Below are positions 26,133 through 35,104 of a DNA stretch of 64,000 nucleotides, one piece after another (the stretch's first letter is position 1; every line of letters starts with the position of its first letter). The notes under the pieces were generated by a model. The model saw nothing but the letters and a program-made list of their open reading frames with translations. It was not told the origin of the DNA and made no database searches. The DNA comes from an uncultured Gammaproteobacteria bacterium. GTDB taxonomy: Bacteria; Patescibacteriota; Microgenomatia; UBA10105; UBA927. The translations under genes were made by a program, and so were the position numbers. The stretch lies in contig CAZEVT010000001.1 in NCBI GenBank assembly GCA_964515005.1, positions 310,720 through 374,719 of the forward strand. Direction: 5' to 3'.

Positions 26133-27621
26133 ACGCATCTGGGAAACCGGTATCGGTATTTTTCTTTTGGGGTTGTTGGTATATCTCCTCTTTTGGCGCT
26201 ATCAAATCGCCTCGACGAGATTTTTTGACATCGACGAGTTTGCCTATCTTCACTGGGCGGCGCAGGTTGCCCGCGGGGAGCGCATGTATGTGGATTTTTT
26301 CTCCTACTTTACGCCCGGATTTATGTGGGCGTTTACTCCTATTTTTTGGATATACGGAGTATCAACACAGGTTTTTACGGCGGCCCGGATGTTCTCTTTT
26401 GGTATCTTCTTGGGAATCGTCGGCATGGTCGGATTGCTTTTTGGCGAGACGCGTAGTGGGAAGTGGGCGCTGCTTCCGATGATTCTCTTAACCTTTTTGC
26501 CCATCCCGTATGAAAAACTTTTGGAAGTACGGCCGGATAATCTGGCGACTCTCTTAGCCTTTGGTGGGTTATTGGGAGAGATGAGGGCAATACAGGGCGA
26601 TAAAAAAGCATCACTGTGGTGGTTTATTTCGGGACTTTTGTACAGTGTGTCTTTGTTTGTACTCGTAAAAACCATGCCATTTGTGCTTGTTGGTGTGGGA
26701 GTAGCCGTTCTGGCCGTCTGGCCCATGAAAGAGTGGCAAAAATTCAGATTGTTTCTCTTGGGGCTGGGTGGGCCATGGATATTGTTTTTTTCGGTACTGT
26801 GGGTACAGGGGTACGGCGCCCAGGCTTGGTATGCACTCGTTCGTTTACCGTTTCTCGTCTATGGAAGCTTCAAAAACTTCTATATGGTGGCGACCTTATT
26901 TTTTTGGCCGAATTGGTGGCTGTATGGCGGCGACGGCAAGCACGTGACGATGGCTATGATTGTCAATCACAGTGTCTGGATTCTGGCAGGTCTCACCGGT
27001 ACATACCGGCTAGTGACCGCATTTGGCAGGAAGAGACAGGAAGGGTTGAAAGAACTGCTTATGGCGGGAACATTTTTTGTGAGTATGTTGGCATACACCA
27101 AATTTTTTCCTTTTAAGCACGGTCAGTACCTTATCCCGATTGCTGTCTTTGTTGCGTACTTTGCGGGAGACGCGTTATCGGTTTTCTTTGACCGGATGGC
27201 GAAGGCGAGGTGGTATGCACTACTGGCTCTCGTCTTTCTGGGCTTCGGATACCTATTGGTTGCGGTGAACGAGGAGGTTAATAGATTCAAACTTTCACTA
27301 ACCGCAGAAAAGCAAATGATGGAAATTTCAGCGCTTATTCAGACCGTACCCCCCTCGGCCCGTGTGGTCGATTTGGAAGGGCGAATGCTGTTTTGGCCTG
27401 CCGGATATCCCATATGCTGTTTACCGTTTGATACATTTCTGCCGTATGTGCGTGGGGGGGCGTCGCCGCTTCGGCAATATCTATCAGACCACCCGGCCGA
27501 GTATATCTATGGTGGAGAAACCGATCGTTTTACCACACTCTCTGCTGAAAATATATCATATATTCGCGCCAATTATGCTCCGGTACCGGGATTTGACGAA
27601 CGATTGAGGAAGAGAAAATGA
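26116..27621 (+). CDS. GT-C fold membrane glycosyltransferase (ArnT/PMT-like), paralog of the preceding gene
   Basis: 501 aa from ATG 26116. It has a first-loop DIDEFAY acidic motif, multiple TM helices and a C-terminal soluble domain. It overlaps the previous gene by 17 nt. Confidence 0.6.
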   Translation: MAGGNKRIWETGIGIFLLGLLVYLLFWRYQIASTRFFDIDEFAYLHWAAQVARGERMYVDFFSYFTPGFMWAFTPIFWIYGVSTQVFTAARMFSFGIFLGIVGMVGLLFGETRSGKWALLPMILLTFLPIPYEKLLEVRPDNLATLLAFGGLLGEMRAIQGDKKASLWWFISGLLYSVSLFVLVKTMPFVLVGVGVAVLAVWPMKEWQKFRLFLLGLGGPWILFFSVLWVQGYGAQAWYALVRLPFLVYGSFKNFYMVATLFFWPNWWLYGGDGKHVTMAMIVNHSVWILAGLTGTYRLVTAFGRKRQEGLKELLMAGTFFVSMLAYTKFFPFKHGQYLIPIAVFVAYFAGDALSVFFDRMAKARWYALLALVFLGFGYLLVAVNEEVNRFKLSLTAEKQMMEISALIQTVPPSARVVDLEGRMLFWPAGYPICCLPFDTFLPYVRGGASPLRQYLSDHPAEYIYGGETDRFTTLSAENISYIRANYAPVPGFDERLRKRK

Positions 27622-27643
27622 ACGTGCTATACTGTGGGCCACG

Positions 27644-28666
27644 ATGAAACCATACCTCTCCATTGTCATCCCGCATTATCATGCACCGGAAAAGCTCGCG
27701 CGACTCCTTGCGTCGATCGGGAAAAGTAAACACGCGCCGCCCTATGAAGTGATTATTGTCGATGACGGATCGACGACCACGTTTACACATCCCGCCTTGC
27801 CGGCAGGCAGGCAACTCACCAAACCCCATGTTATTCGATTACTCAAAAATCATGGGCCTGCGGTTGCCAGGAATCGCGGAGTCGACGCCGCCCGCGGTAT
27901 GTTTATCGTATTTTTGGACTGTGACGTTGAAGTATTTCCCGACACGCTTGCGCAAATTGCCAAGATTTATAAAGACGATCCTGATGTAGTCGCCCTTACA
28001 GGCGTATGGGTCAAAGAGCAAAAAACTCGTGCGTTTTTTCCCAATTTCAAGGCGCTACGGGATTGGTCGTACTGGATCCATGAGCGGGACGCAAGCGGGT
28101 ATTACTTCCTTTTCTCGACGCGTATCGCATCAATTAAAAAGGCGGTGTTTCAGCGTTTGGGCGGATTTGACGAAACGTACCCCGCGCCGCTTGTTGAAGA
28201 TATAGAGCTTACGTACCGGATCGCCCGCCGCTACGCCATTATATTCGCCCCAAAGGTACGGGTTCGGCATGAGTTTGAGGGTTTTTGGCCCGTTGCGAAA
28301 AAATACTTTTGGCGGACATACTACTGGACGAAGCTCTACAGTGAGCGCAAGAAATTTGATCCCGTCGCCACCACCGTGCGGGAGAGTTTAACGGCCATAA
28401 CCGGGGTGGGGGCCCTCGGCGCAATTGTCCTTGGCATGCTTACGTTTTTTGTGATCCCGGTGCCGCTGATCCGCGTGGTGTTTCTTTTGACGGGAATTTT
28501 CCTTATGGCCATCCACATCTGGTTTCTTCGCACGTTCTTGTCGTTTGTGTATCGGGAAAAAGGCTTTGCGTTTGCGCTCAAGTCCCTTGGAACGGGCCTC
28601 GTTCTCTATATGGTCATTCTCTCCGGAGCCCTCTTTTACAAACTTCAATCATTGCGGGATGGTTAG
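27644..28666 (+). CDS. family 2 glycosyltransferase with C-terminal TM helices (GtrB/polyprenyl-phosphate glycosyltransferase-like)
   Basis: LSIVIPHYHA...VIIVDDGS...LDCDV motifs plus two C-terminal TM helices. Confidence 0.75.
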   Translation: MKPYLSIVIPHYHAPEKLARLLASIGKSKHAPPYEVIIVDDGSTTTFTHPALPAGRQLTKPHVIRLLKNHGPAVARNRGVDAARGMFIVFLDCDVEVFPDTLAQIAKIYKDDPDVVALTGVWVKEQKTRAFFPNFKALRDWSYWIHERDASGYYFLFSTRIASIKKAVFQRLGGFDETYPAPLVEDIELTYRIARRYAIIFAPKVRVRHEFEGFWPVAKKYFWRTYYWTKLYSERKKFDPVATTVRESLTAITGVGALGAIVLGMLTFFVIPVPLIRVVFLLTGIFLMAIHIWFLRTFLSFVYREKGFAFALKSLGTGLVLYMVILSGALFYKLQSLRDG

Positions 28667-30409
28667 CTCAGAGGGCGCGGGTGCGGCTGTGGCGGGCGTA
28701 TCACTCGCCGGCAAATTTTTGAGTGCATCCAGTTCGTTTTTTGCCTTGTAGTAATCAGAGCTTTCGGGCGGCACCAGGAGGATCGTTTTCTCAAGCGTTT
28801 CTGCAGCTTTCACCGTGTCGCCTTTGAGCCTATATGCATTAGCCAGATTATAGAGTGCATTGGCGTACCCGGGGCGAATGCGCGCCGCCCTTTCAAAAAC
28901 CCGAACCGCCTCATCATACTTTTTTTGGTGGATATAGACGGCGCCCAGATTGAGGAGTAGCAGGGGATTGTTGGGGTCAAGCTCGATGGTTTTTTCGTAA
29001 CTTGCCGCGGCCCAAGCGTCTGCGCCGGTCGCTACCGGGATAAGGCTTTGGTAGACCGATGACAAGTTTTCCCAGGCTATAACATTATTGGTATTGAGGT
29101 TAACCGCGATTTTTGCTTCCCGAATTCCTTGATCTATGAGACGTTCTATTAGTTTTTGATCCTCCTGGGCCTTCGCGCTTTCGGTTGCCGTGAGGGTTTC
29201 AAGTTCTCCGGCCAAGCTACTTGCAAGAGCGATACTTATCTGGCTGTAGGTCATGTGATATTTGGTGGCATAGGGATTAACCTTCAGAGCCCCGACGAGA
29301 AGATTGTACGCCTTAGTGCCCTCATCCCGCTTGGCGGCGGAAAGTGCTTGCATATACATGAACTGACCCCAGTACACGAATCCTACTCCTAAAAAGAGAA
29401 TAATGCCGAGCGTAAAGCAAACAAAAGCGCCCAGGATGCGTCGCCATGACCGCCATTGGGCAGGGGCATGTTCTTCCTGTTCTCTCCCCGAAAGAATAAA
29501 TACCGCTGCAATAACGGTAAGGAGGGTGACGGTCGGCGGGACAAGAAGTAGGGCCGCAAGCGAAAGGAGTTTTGGTGCCAGGAAGGTATCCTTTTTCGTA
29601 ATACCCTGTAAAATAGCGTAGGCAAAAGCGAGCCCTGCTCCCAGCCCCAAGAGGCCGTAGACGGTGGCAACATGCAGGAAAAAGTTAGCGTTTGTGGTAA
29701 ACCTGGTATTCCACAAGGCGGTCGCGCTCATCCACTGCGGCCGGCCGGCTGTATATGCGGTCACGAAATTTTCGCTGCCTACCCCCACTAGGACTCCGCG
29801 CATAGATTTAAATGTTTCAAGAACCACGCTCCCTCCGGTAGAAATGGGCAGCATGGTACTCACGCGGGGGGTGAGGTGCCATGCGGTCATGGCGGCGCCC
29901 GCCGTCACCAGGAAAGCGAAGAGAAGTAGTGGTACCGAATTTTCTTTCAGAGACGAGCGGATATCAGTGAATAGGAGCGATAGTCCAATGACAAGGAGGG
30001 CAAGCGTGGTTGTCGCGTTCCCGGTAAGATTCCATAACGGATCCGCAAGGGAAGAGGCTCCGGGAAACATAAGTTTTCCCACGCCCAATCCCTGGTAGAT
30101 GGCAATAAGTCCTACCAAGGCCGCTACCGTATAGAGAACCCAGGAGAGTCGTGCTTTGATCTTGGGACGCGCGGGGACCCCTGCGGCAACCAAAATGGCA
30201 AGCGCGATAAATGTAATTGGTCCTAGCGGCCCAACAAGCGCCTCTCCCATATTTTGAGAAACTGCTAGAAGACTAATAAGCGAGGAGGCGGCAAGTGCGG
30301 CAAATCCTATCGTTCCGGGCGAGAGGCGAAGGGGCAGGGACTTGCGGGAAGCGATGGCAATACCTGACATGATGAGGATAACGGCTGCGGCGAGGGTGAT
30401 AATCGGCAT
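28649..30409 (-). CDS. O-antigen ligase (Wzy_C)-family membrane protein fused to C-terminal TPR repeats; candidate O-oligosaccharyltransferase
   Basis: 586 aa. The N-terminal ~380 aa is polytopic with a large periplasmic loop, as in Wzy_C/PglL/PilO/WaaL. The C-terminal ~200 aa carry 4-5 TPR motifs (AYNLLVGALKVNP, YIHQKKYDEAVRVFERAARIRPGYANALYNLANAY) and end in a Pro/Ala/Thr tail. Confidence 0.65.
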   Translation of the reverse strand: MPIITLAAAVILIMSGIAIASRKSLPLRLSPGTIGFAALAASSLISLLAVSQNMGEALVGPLGPITFIALAILVAAGVPARPKIKARLSWVLYTVAALVGLIAIYQGLGVGKLMFPGASSLADPLWNLTGNATTTLALLVIGLSLLFTDIRSSLKENSVPLLLFAFLVTAGAAMTAWHLTPRVSTMLPISTGGSVVLETFKSMRGVLVGVGSENFVTAYTAGRPQWMSATALWNTRFTTNANFFLHVATVYGLLGLGAGLAFAYAILQGITKKDTFLAPKLLSLAALLLVPPTVTLLTVIAAVFILSGREQEEHAPAQWRSWRRILGAFVCFTLGIILFLGVGFVYWGQFMYMQALSAAKRDEGTKAYNLLVGALKVNPYATKYHMTYSQISIALASSLAGELETLTATESAKAQEDQKLIERLIDQGIREAKIAVNLNTNNVIAWENLSSVYQSLIPVATGADAWAAASYEKTIELDPNNPLLLLNLGAVYIHQKKYDEAVRVFERAARIRPGYANALYNLANAYRLKGDTVKAAETLEKTILLVPPESSDYYKAKNELDALKNLPASDTPATAAPAPSELTIPQ

Positions 30410-30477
30410 GGATCTATCATAATCGATTCCGACGCTGGTTGCATTTCCTGTTCATTCTTGTCATACTTTTTTACAGC

Positions 30478-30993
30478 ATGCAAAAGAACAAAACGCGCCT
30501 GCCTGCCGGCAGGCAGGGTTTTACCCTGATTGAGCTTATGATCGTCATGGTCATCCTTGCAATATTGGCGGCAGTCGGTACAAGCTCATTTATATCTTCA
30601 CAAAAAAAATCGCGCGACTCTACCAGAAAATCTAGTCTCAAGAATATTGCGACGGCACTGGAGCTGTACTACAACGATAAAGGAAAATATCCAGGCGATG
30701 ATGGAGCCGGAAAAATAAAAGGGTGCGGCGATGATATTGCTCCGACGGTCTGTCAGCCAGGCACTGCCTTTTCTGACGCCAACGGGACCATCTATATGGA
30801 GCGGCTTCCCGTCGACCCGACATCGAAGCGGCGTTACTACTACCGAGCGCCGTCGGTCAATCAGTTTCAAATCTATGCGAATTTGGAAAACGATCAGGAT
30901 TCGTCAATTATCTCAACCGACTCAAGCTGTGCCGCCAGTACCGGATCGTTTCCGTGTAACTTCGGATTAAGCAGCGCGAACATAACGCCATGA
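30478..30993 (+). CDS. type IV pilin-like protein (prepilin with N-terminal methylation motif)
   Basis: Leader [14 protein letters not shown] followed by [19 protein letters not shown], the class III signal G/FTLIE with Glu at +5. The C-terminal domain is Cys-containing. Confidence 0.75.
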   Translation: MQKNKTRLPAGRQGFTLIELMIVMVILAILAAVGTSSFISSQKKSRDSTRKSSLKNIATALELYYNDKGKYPGDDGAGKIKGCGDDIAPTVCQPGTAFSDANGTIYMERLPVDPTSKRRYYYRAPSVNQFQIYANLENDQDSSIISTDSSCAASTGSFPCNFGLSSANITP

Positions 30994-31505
30994 GTATAAA
31001 ATCTACCCATTTCAAACCACATAGCGCGTTCACATTGATCGAGCTTCTGGTCGTGATTGCCATCATTGCCTCGATGGTCGCCCTTGCCCTTCCTAATTAC
31101 TTAAGTGCCCGTGAACGGGCCCGGGACAGTAAGAAAAAAAGTGAGATGCGGGAGCTTAAGGCGGCACTCCGTCTGTATTACAATGATTTCAACAACTACC
31201 CGGCAGATGACGGAGTGGGACACATAAAAGGGTGTGGAGCCGCGGGGGCGGGACCATGCCCGTGCAGTAGCACCGTAGATTTTGCCTCTGGAGCAACCTG
31301 TGACAACCTGTTCATGAAGAAATTACCCAGTGATCTGGGGGTCGGTACCTATTACTTTAAAGGAGCCAATGGTGAAGATTTCTGTCTGAGTACGCTACTT
31401 GATAACAAATCGGATCAGGATATTACTACCAGTCAATCCCGCTGTGCGTCCGTCTGCGGAATAAACTGCAACACCACCGGCCGCTTTTGTACGTGTGCGG
31501 ACTGA
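30990..31505 (+). CDS. type IV pilin-like protein (second, translationally coupled)
   Basis: Leader ...KPHSA followed by [22 protein letters not shown], with Ala at -1 and Glu at +5. It overlaps the previous pilin gene (ATGA). The C-terminal region is Cys-rich. Confidence 0.65.
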   Translation: MSIKSTHFKPHSAFTLIELLVVIAIIASMVALALPNYLSARERARDSKKKSEMRELKAALRLYYNDFNNYPADDGVGHIKGCGAAGAGPCPCSSTVDFASGATCDNLFMKKLPSDLGVGTYYFKGANGEDFCLSTLLDNKSDQDITTSQSRCASVCGINCNTTGRFCTCAD

Positions 31506-31522
31506 TAAGCGATACGGGGATT

Positions 31523-32539
31523 TCATAGCCTCACCTCTTTTCCATCCGTACGAATTGATTGAGTAGCGCTTTCTACGGCTCGGATCACCCGAATTCCCAT
31601 CGGTCCGTCGCTTACTGGATTTTCCCCTTTTGTTATTGCTTTTACAAAGTCCTCTGCCATAGTCAAAAGTCCTTCTCTCATAGGCAAACGCGGCGCGGTC
31701 ATCCCGCCGGTTCGGTAACCGATGCGCAGTTGGTACTGCGCGTGCGGATCAGTGAGCGCGGAAATTCCTTTATCGTAGATTTTAATTTTTTCAGACGGCT
31801 CGATGTCGTTATAGACAAGCATCCGTTTGGTGCCCACAAACATCATAGTTCTGATTTTTACCGGCGACAACCAGCTCACGTGGGTATGGAAAAAGAGCCC
31901 GTTCGGATAGCGCGCCGTGATATAGGCGACCGTTTCCTGCTGCATTTTTTGAGGTGCAAATCCGGTTCCTGATACGGCGTTGGGTGCTTTGGCGAACATA
32001 TAGTCGATGATAGAAAAATCGTGAGTAGCGAGATCAAAAATGACATTGCTGTCGCTGCGTATTACGCCTAAATTAGTTCGTACTGAATCGATGAAGAAAA
32101 CTTTTCCGAGCTGACCGCTTTGGATAATGTCACGAATCTTTATGACTTCCGGGGTATAGAGATACGTATGGTCCACCATAAGGGTTCGCTTCCTGCTTTT
32201 GGCCAGGGCTACGAGGATTATCGCTTCGGCAACAGTGGGGGAGAGAGGTTTTTCGACGAGGACATGCTTGCCAGCCGATAGAGCTGCCTGCGCCAGTGAC
32301 ACATGCGTAGCCAGTGGCGTCGCAATGACGACTGCGTCCGTCTTGGGGTCCGCCAAAACTTGACGAACATCGGTTGTGGTTTTGGCTGTAGGGTACTGTC
32401 TTGGAATATCTTTGAGTACGTGGGGGTTACGGTCGCAGATCCAGGAAATGTCAACGTTCGGAAGGGAGCGTATGTTGCGTGCGACATTCGGTCCCCAGTA
32501 GCCGAAACCAATAATACCAATATGAATCATAGGTGACAT
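31523..32539 (-). CDS. Gfo/Idh/MocA-family NAD(P)-dependent sugar oxidoreductase
   Basis: Rossmann fold IGIIGFGYWGPNVARN and EKP motif (VLVEKPLS). It resembles nucleotide-sugar 3-dehydrogenases of O-antigen pathways. Confidence 0.8.
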   Translation of the reverse strand: MSPMIHIGIIGFGYWGPNVARNIRSLPNVDISWICDRNPHVLKDIPRQYPTAKTTTDVRQVLADPKTDAVVIATPLATHVSLAQAALSAGKHVLVEKPLSPTVAEAIILVALAKSRKRTLMVDHTYLYTPEVIKIRDIIQSGQLGKVFFIDSVRTNLGVIRSDSNVIFDLATHDFSIIDYMFAKAPNAVSGTGFAPQKMQQETVAYITARYPNGLFFHTHVSWLSPVKIRTMMFVGTKRMLVYNDIEPSEKIKIYDKGISALTDPHAQYQLRIGYRTGGMTAPRLPMREGLLTMAEDFVKAITKGENPVSDGPMGIRVIRAVESATQSIRTDGKEVRL

Positions 32540-32574
32540 GTGGACAAAGCAAATGGTATTATAACTCAATTATT

Positions 32575-33357
32575 ATGTATGTCACTGACATCAAGAAACA
32601 AACGCGTCATTTTATTGAGCTTCTGTGGGTTACCACGGAAAAGGAATTGCGGACCCGGTATAAATATACAATTTTGGGATTTTTGTGGATCGTGTTTATA
32701 CCGCTTTTGCAGATGTTGGTAATCGGATTTATTTTTACTTTTTTTGTTAAAGAACAGATTCCCCGGTATAACTACTTTCTCTATATAGGCCTTCTGATAT
32801 GGAATTTTTTTGCACTTTCGGTTGCGAAGGCAACATCGAGCATGATCAGTGAGCGCGACCTCATCACCCGGGCAAAATTTCCCCGGATCATTATCCCGCT
32901 ATCGATTATTTTTTCTAACCTCACCCATTTCCTATTGGGACTCGTTTTAGTCATTATTGCACTTCTTCCCGCGGGAACACTTCACCCATGGAGCATCGTT
33001 GTTGTCGTTTTTGCGACCGCACTTTTGATTCTCTTTACGATCGGGTTTTCGGGCTGGACGACGGCGCTCAATGTTCGGTATCGGGATATTAATTTTTTGG
33101 TACAGGCAATCCTAATGTTATGGTTTTACGCCACTCCCATTGTGTACCCCTTGTATTTTATTGCTAGTCCCATGCAGTGGCTTTGGTACTTCAACCCCCT
33201 CACAAGCGTTGTTGAAATCTATCAGTGGGCGCTTGTGGGGACTCCGGGCCCCGGCTGGGGGCTTTTTATGGCAAACGTAGCCGAAATTTTGGGAATAGGT
33301 ATTATGGGTATTATCTTCTTCAACCGAAAAAGTAAACATTTTGCCGATTGGATATGA
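32575..33357 (+). CDS. ABC-2 type polysaccharide/teichoic-acid export permease (Wzm/TagG-like)
   Basis: Six TM helices. It is adjacent to and overlaps a Wzt/TagH-like ATPase gene. Confidence 0.75.
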   Translation: MYVTDIKKQTRHFIELLWVTTEKELRTRYKYTILGFLWIVFIPLLQMLVIGFIFTFFVKEQIPRYNYFLYIGLLIWNFFALSVAKATSSMISERDLITRAKFPRIIIPLSIIFSNLTHFLLGLVLVIIALLPAGTLHPWSIVVVVFATALLILFTIGFSGWTTALNVRYRDINFLVQAILMLWFYATPIVYPLYFIASPMQWLWYFNPLTSVVEIYQWALVGTPGPGWGLFMANVAEILGIGIMGIIFFNRKSKHFADWI

Positions 33358-34124
33358 GAAGAAATAAACACAATAAGCAGGTTATATTGACGCTTGCAGG
33401 TATTACCAAATATTACACGATTCATCATGAAAAACCGCTTCTGTTTGATGAGTTCATGCGTGTTGGCAATGAACGATTCCCGGCCGTCAAGAACGTTCGT
33501 CTGACGGTCTATAAAGGGGAAAAAATAGGTATTTTGGGACCCAACGGTTCAGGTAAAACGACGCTTCTCAAGCTCGTCTCCGGCATAATCGTTCCGACCA
33601 GCGGGAGGCTTGTCTTGGGAGGAACTGTGGTGCCGATTATTGACGCTGAAGCAGGGTTTCATCCGGATCTTACTGGTGAGCAGAATATCTATTTAAATGG
33701 ACTTATTATGGGTATGACCAGGAAAGAAATCCGGCAGCAATTATTCCGTATTATAGAGTTTGCTGAGCTTGGACGCTTTATTGACGTACCGTTTTATACG
33801 TACTCGCAGGGCATGAAGCTGCGTCTTGGGCTTGCTATAGCATTGTATGCCAATCCCGATATCTTACTTCTTGACGAGGGTATTGGCGCGGGTGATAAAG
33901 AATTTCAAAAGAAGGTGCAGGCTAAAGTCCACGAACTGTTTACCTCCGGGATGACGGTCATGATTGCCTCACATTGGCTGGGGTATCTTAAGAAGTACTG
34001 CACGCGGATTCTTATTATGGACCACGGGAGAATTATTGCGGACGGTACGACGAAACTTGTGGGGCAGTACACGAAAATGAAATTTAACCACGAACGCATT
34101 CTGCACGTAGGAAGAAAAAAATAA
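33348..34124 (+). CDS. ABC transporter ATP-binding protein (Wzt/TagH-like)
   Basis: Walker A GPNGSGKTT, ABC signature YSQGMKLRLGLA, Walker B ILLLDEGI. Confidence 0.8.
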   Translation: MDMRRNKHNKQVILTLAGITKYYTIHHEKPLLFDEFMRVGNERFPAVKNVRLTVYKGEKIGILGPNGSGKTTLLKLVSGIIVPTSGRLVLGGTVVPIIDAEAGFHPDLTGEQNIYLNGLIMGMTRKEIRQQLFRIIEFAELGRFIDVPFYTYSQGMKLRLGLAIALYANPDILLLDEGIGAGDKEFQKKVQAKVHELFTSGMTVMIASHWLGYLKKYCTRILIMDHGRIIADGTTKLVGQYTKMKFNHERILHVGRKK

Positions 34125-35057
34125 CTAGTTATTTTTTACCACGTTTTCCACAGGAGGAATAGGAGTAATTTTTGCAAAGAAAAATGCAATGAGCAGTCCC
34201 CAACACACATGATACAGATCAGCAAACACGTCATATAAGAAGCCGGGAGGGGAACGCCGTGCGTGAATGAGTGCCTTCATCTCATCGGTAATACCTTGAA
34301 AAGTTTCTGCAATATATGATTGCATTACTTCCCGACACTCTGACACTCCCAGGAGTCCGTAGAAGCCATACGCTGCTATACCGCCACACAAGTACGAGTG
34401 CGCCTGATGTTTGGCTTCGGCAATTGTGAGCCATTTATTGTGGTATACGATCATTGACGGATTGTATGCTATCGTGTGCCGGGCGATGAGGGCGCGAAGA
34501 ATAAACTCGGCATCCTCAGCATTGTGTCCAATAGAGCCGGGGCCCAGCCACCATTTGTACCTGCCGATAGCGTCAAACACCTGTTTTTTTATCACGGCAT
34601 TATTGTCATACCCCACATCAATCCAATGCCGGCTAATGTGTGATGTCACCGTAAACTTGTTTGGTTTTTTTGTGAATGTACAGGGACAGATTTGCCCTGT
34701 GTGTTCTTCGGGGTGGTAGGCATGCGTCTGTCCGTACACGAGAGCGATTAATGGATCAGAAAGTGTCACCACTGCCTTCGAAACCCAATCTTTGTCTAAA
34801 TAACAATCATCGTCGGTTAAACCAACTAGCTCTGTGTGCACTTCATCAAGACCCCTGTTTATCGCCCTGCTTCTTCCTGTGTTGGTGAGCTTGATGTGCA
34901 CGACCTTCGATTGATGATTGGTATAGCTGTTTGCAGATCCTTGGGTAACTAAGACTATTTTGGCGAGTCGTGCGTCACGAAGAACCTCTTTCCATATATT
35001 TGGGTATACGACGCCTTCTCTGTTTGAGCAGACTACCAGTGTAAGTGTTGGCTTCAT
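34125..35057 (-). CDS. family 2 glycosyltransferase
   Basis: GT-A fold with DDD region (GLTDDDCYLD). It has no TM helices. Confidence 0.7.
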   Translation of the reverse strand: MKPTLTLVVCSNREGVVYPNIWKEVLRDARLAKIVLVTQGSANSYTNHQSKVVHIKLTNTGRSRAINRGLDEVHTELVGLTDDDCYLDKDWVSKAVVTLSDPLIALVYGQTHAYHPEEHTGQICPCTFTKKPNKFTVTSHISRHWIDVGYDNNAVIKKQVFDAIGRYKWWLGPGSIGHNAEDAEFILRALIARHTIAYNPSMIVYHNKWLTIAEAKHQAHSYLCGGIAAYGFYGLLGVSECREVMQSYIAETFQGITDEMKALIHARRSPPGFLYDVFADLYHVCWGLLIAFFFAKITPIPPVENVVKNN

Positions 35058-35104
35058 GGAAACAAGTATAAACCATACGATATGCTATAGTATCTTACAA
35101 AACC

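Noticed and set aside
24894-27621. Two adjacent GT-C genes as one gene split by a frameshift
   Set aside because: Each has its own N-terminal signal-anchor or TM block, its own acidic first-loop motif and a full-length architecture. The 17-nt overlap is typical of coupling in this genome.
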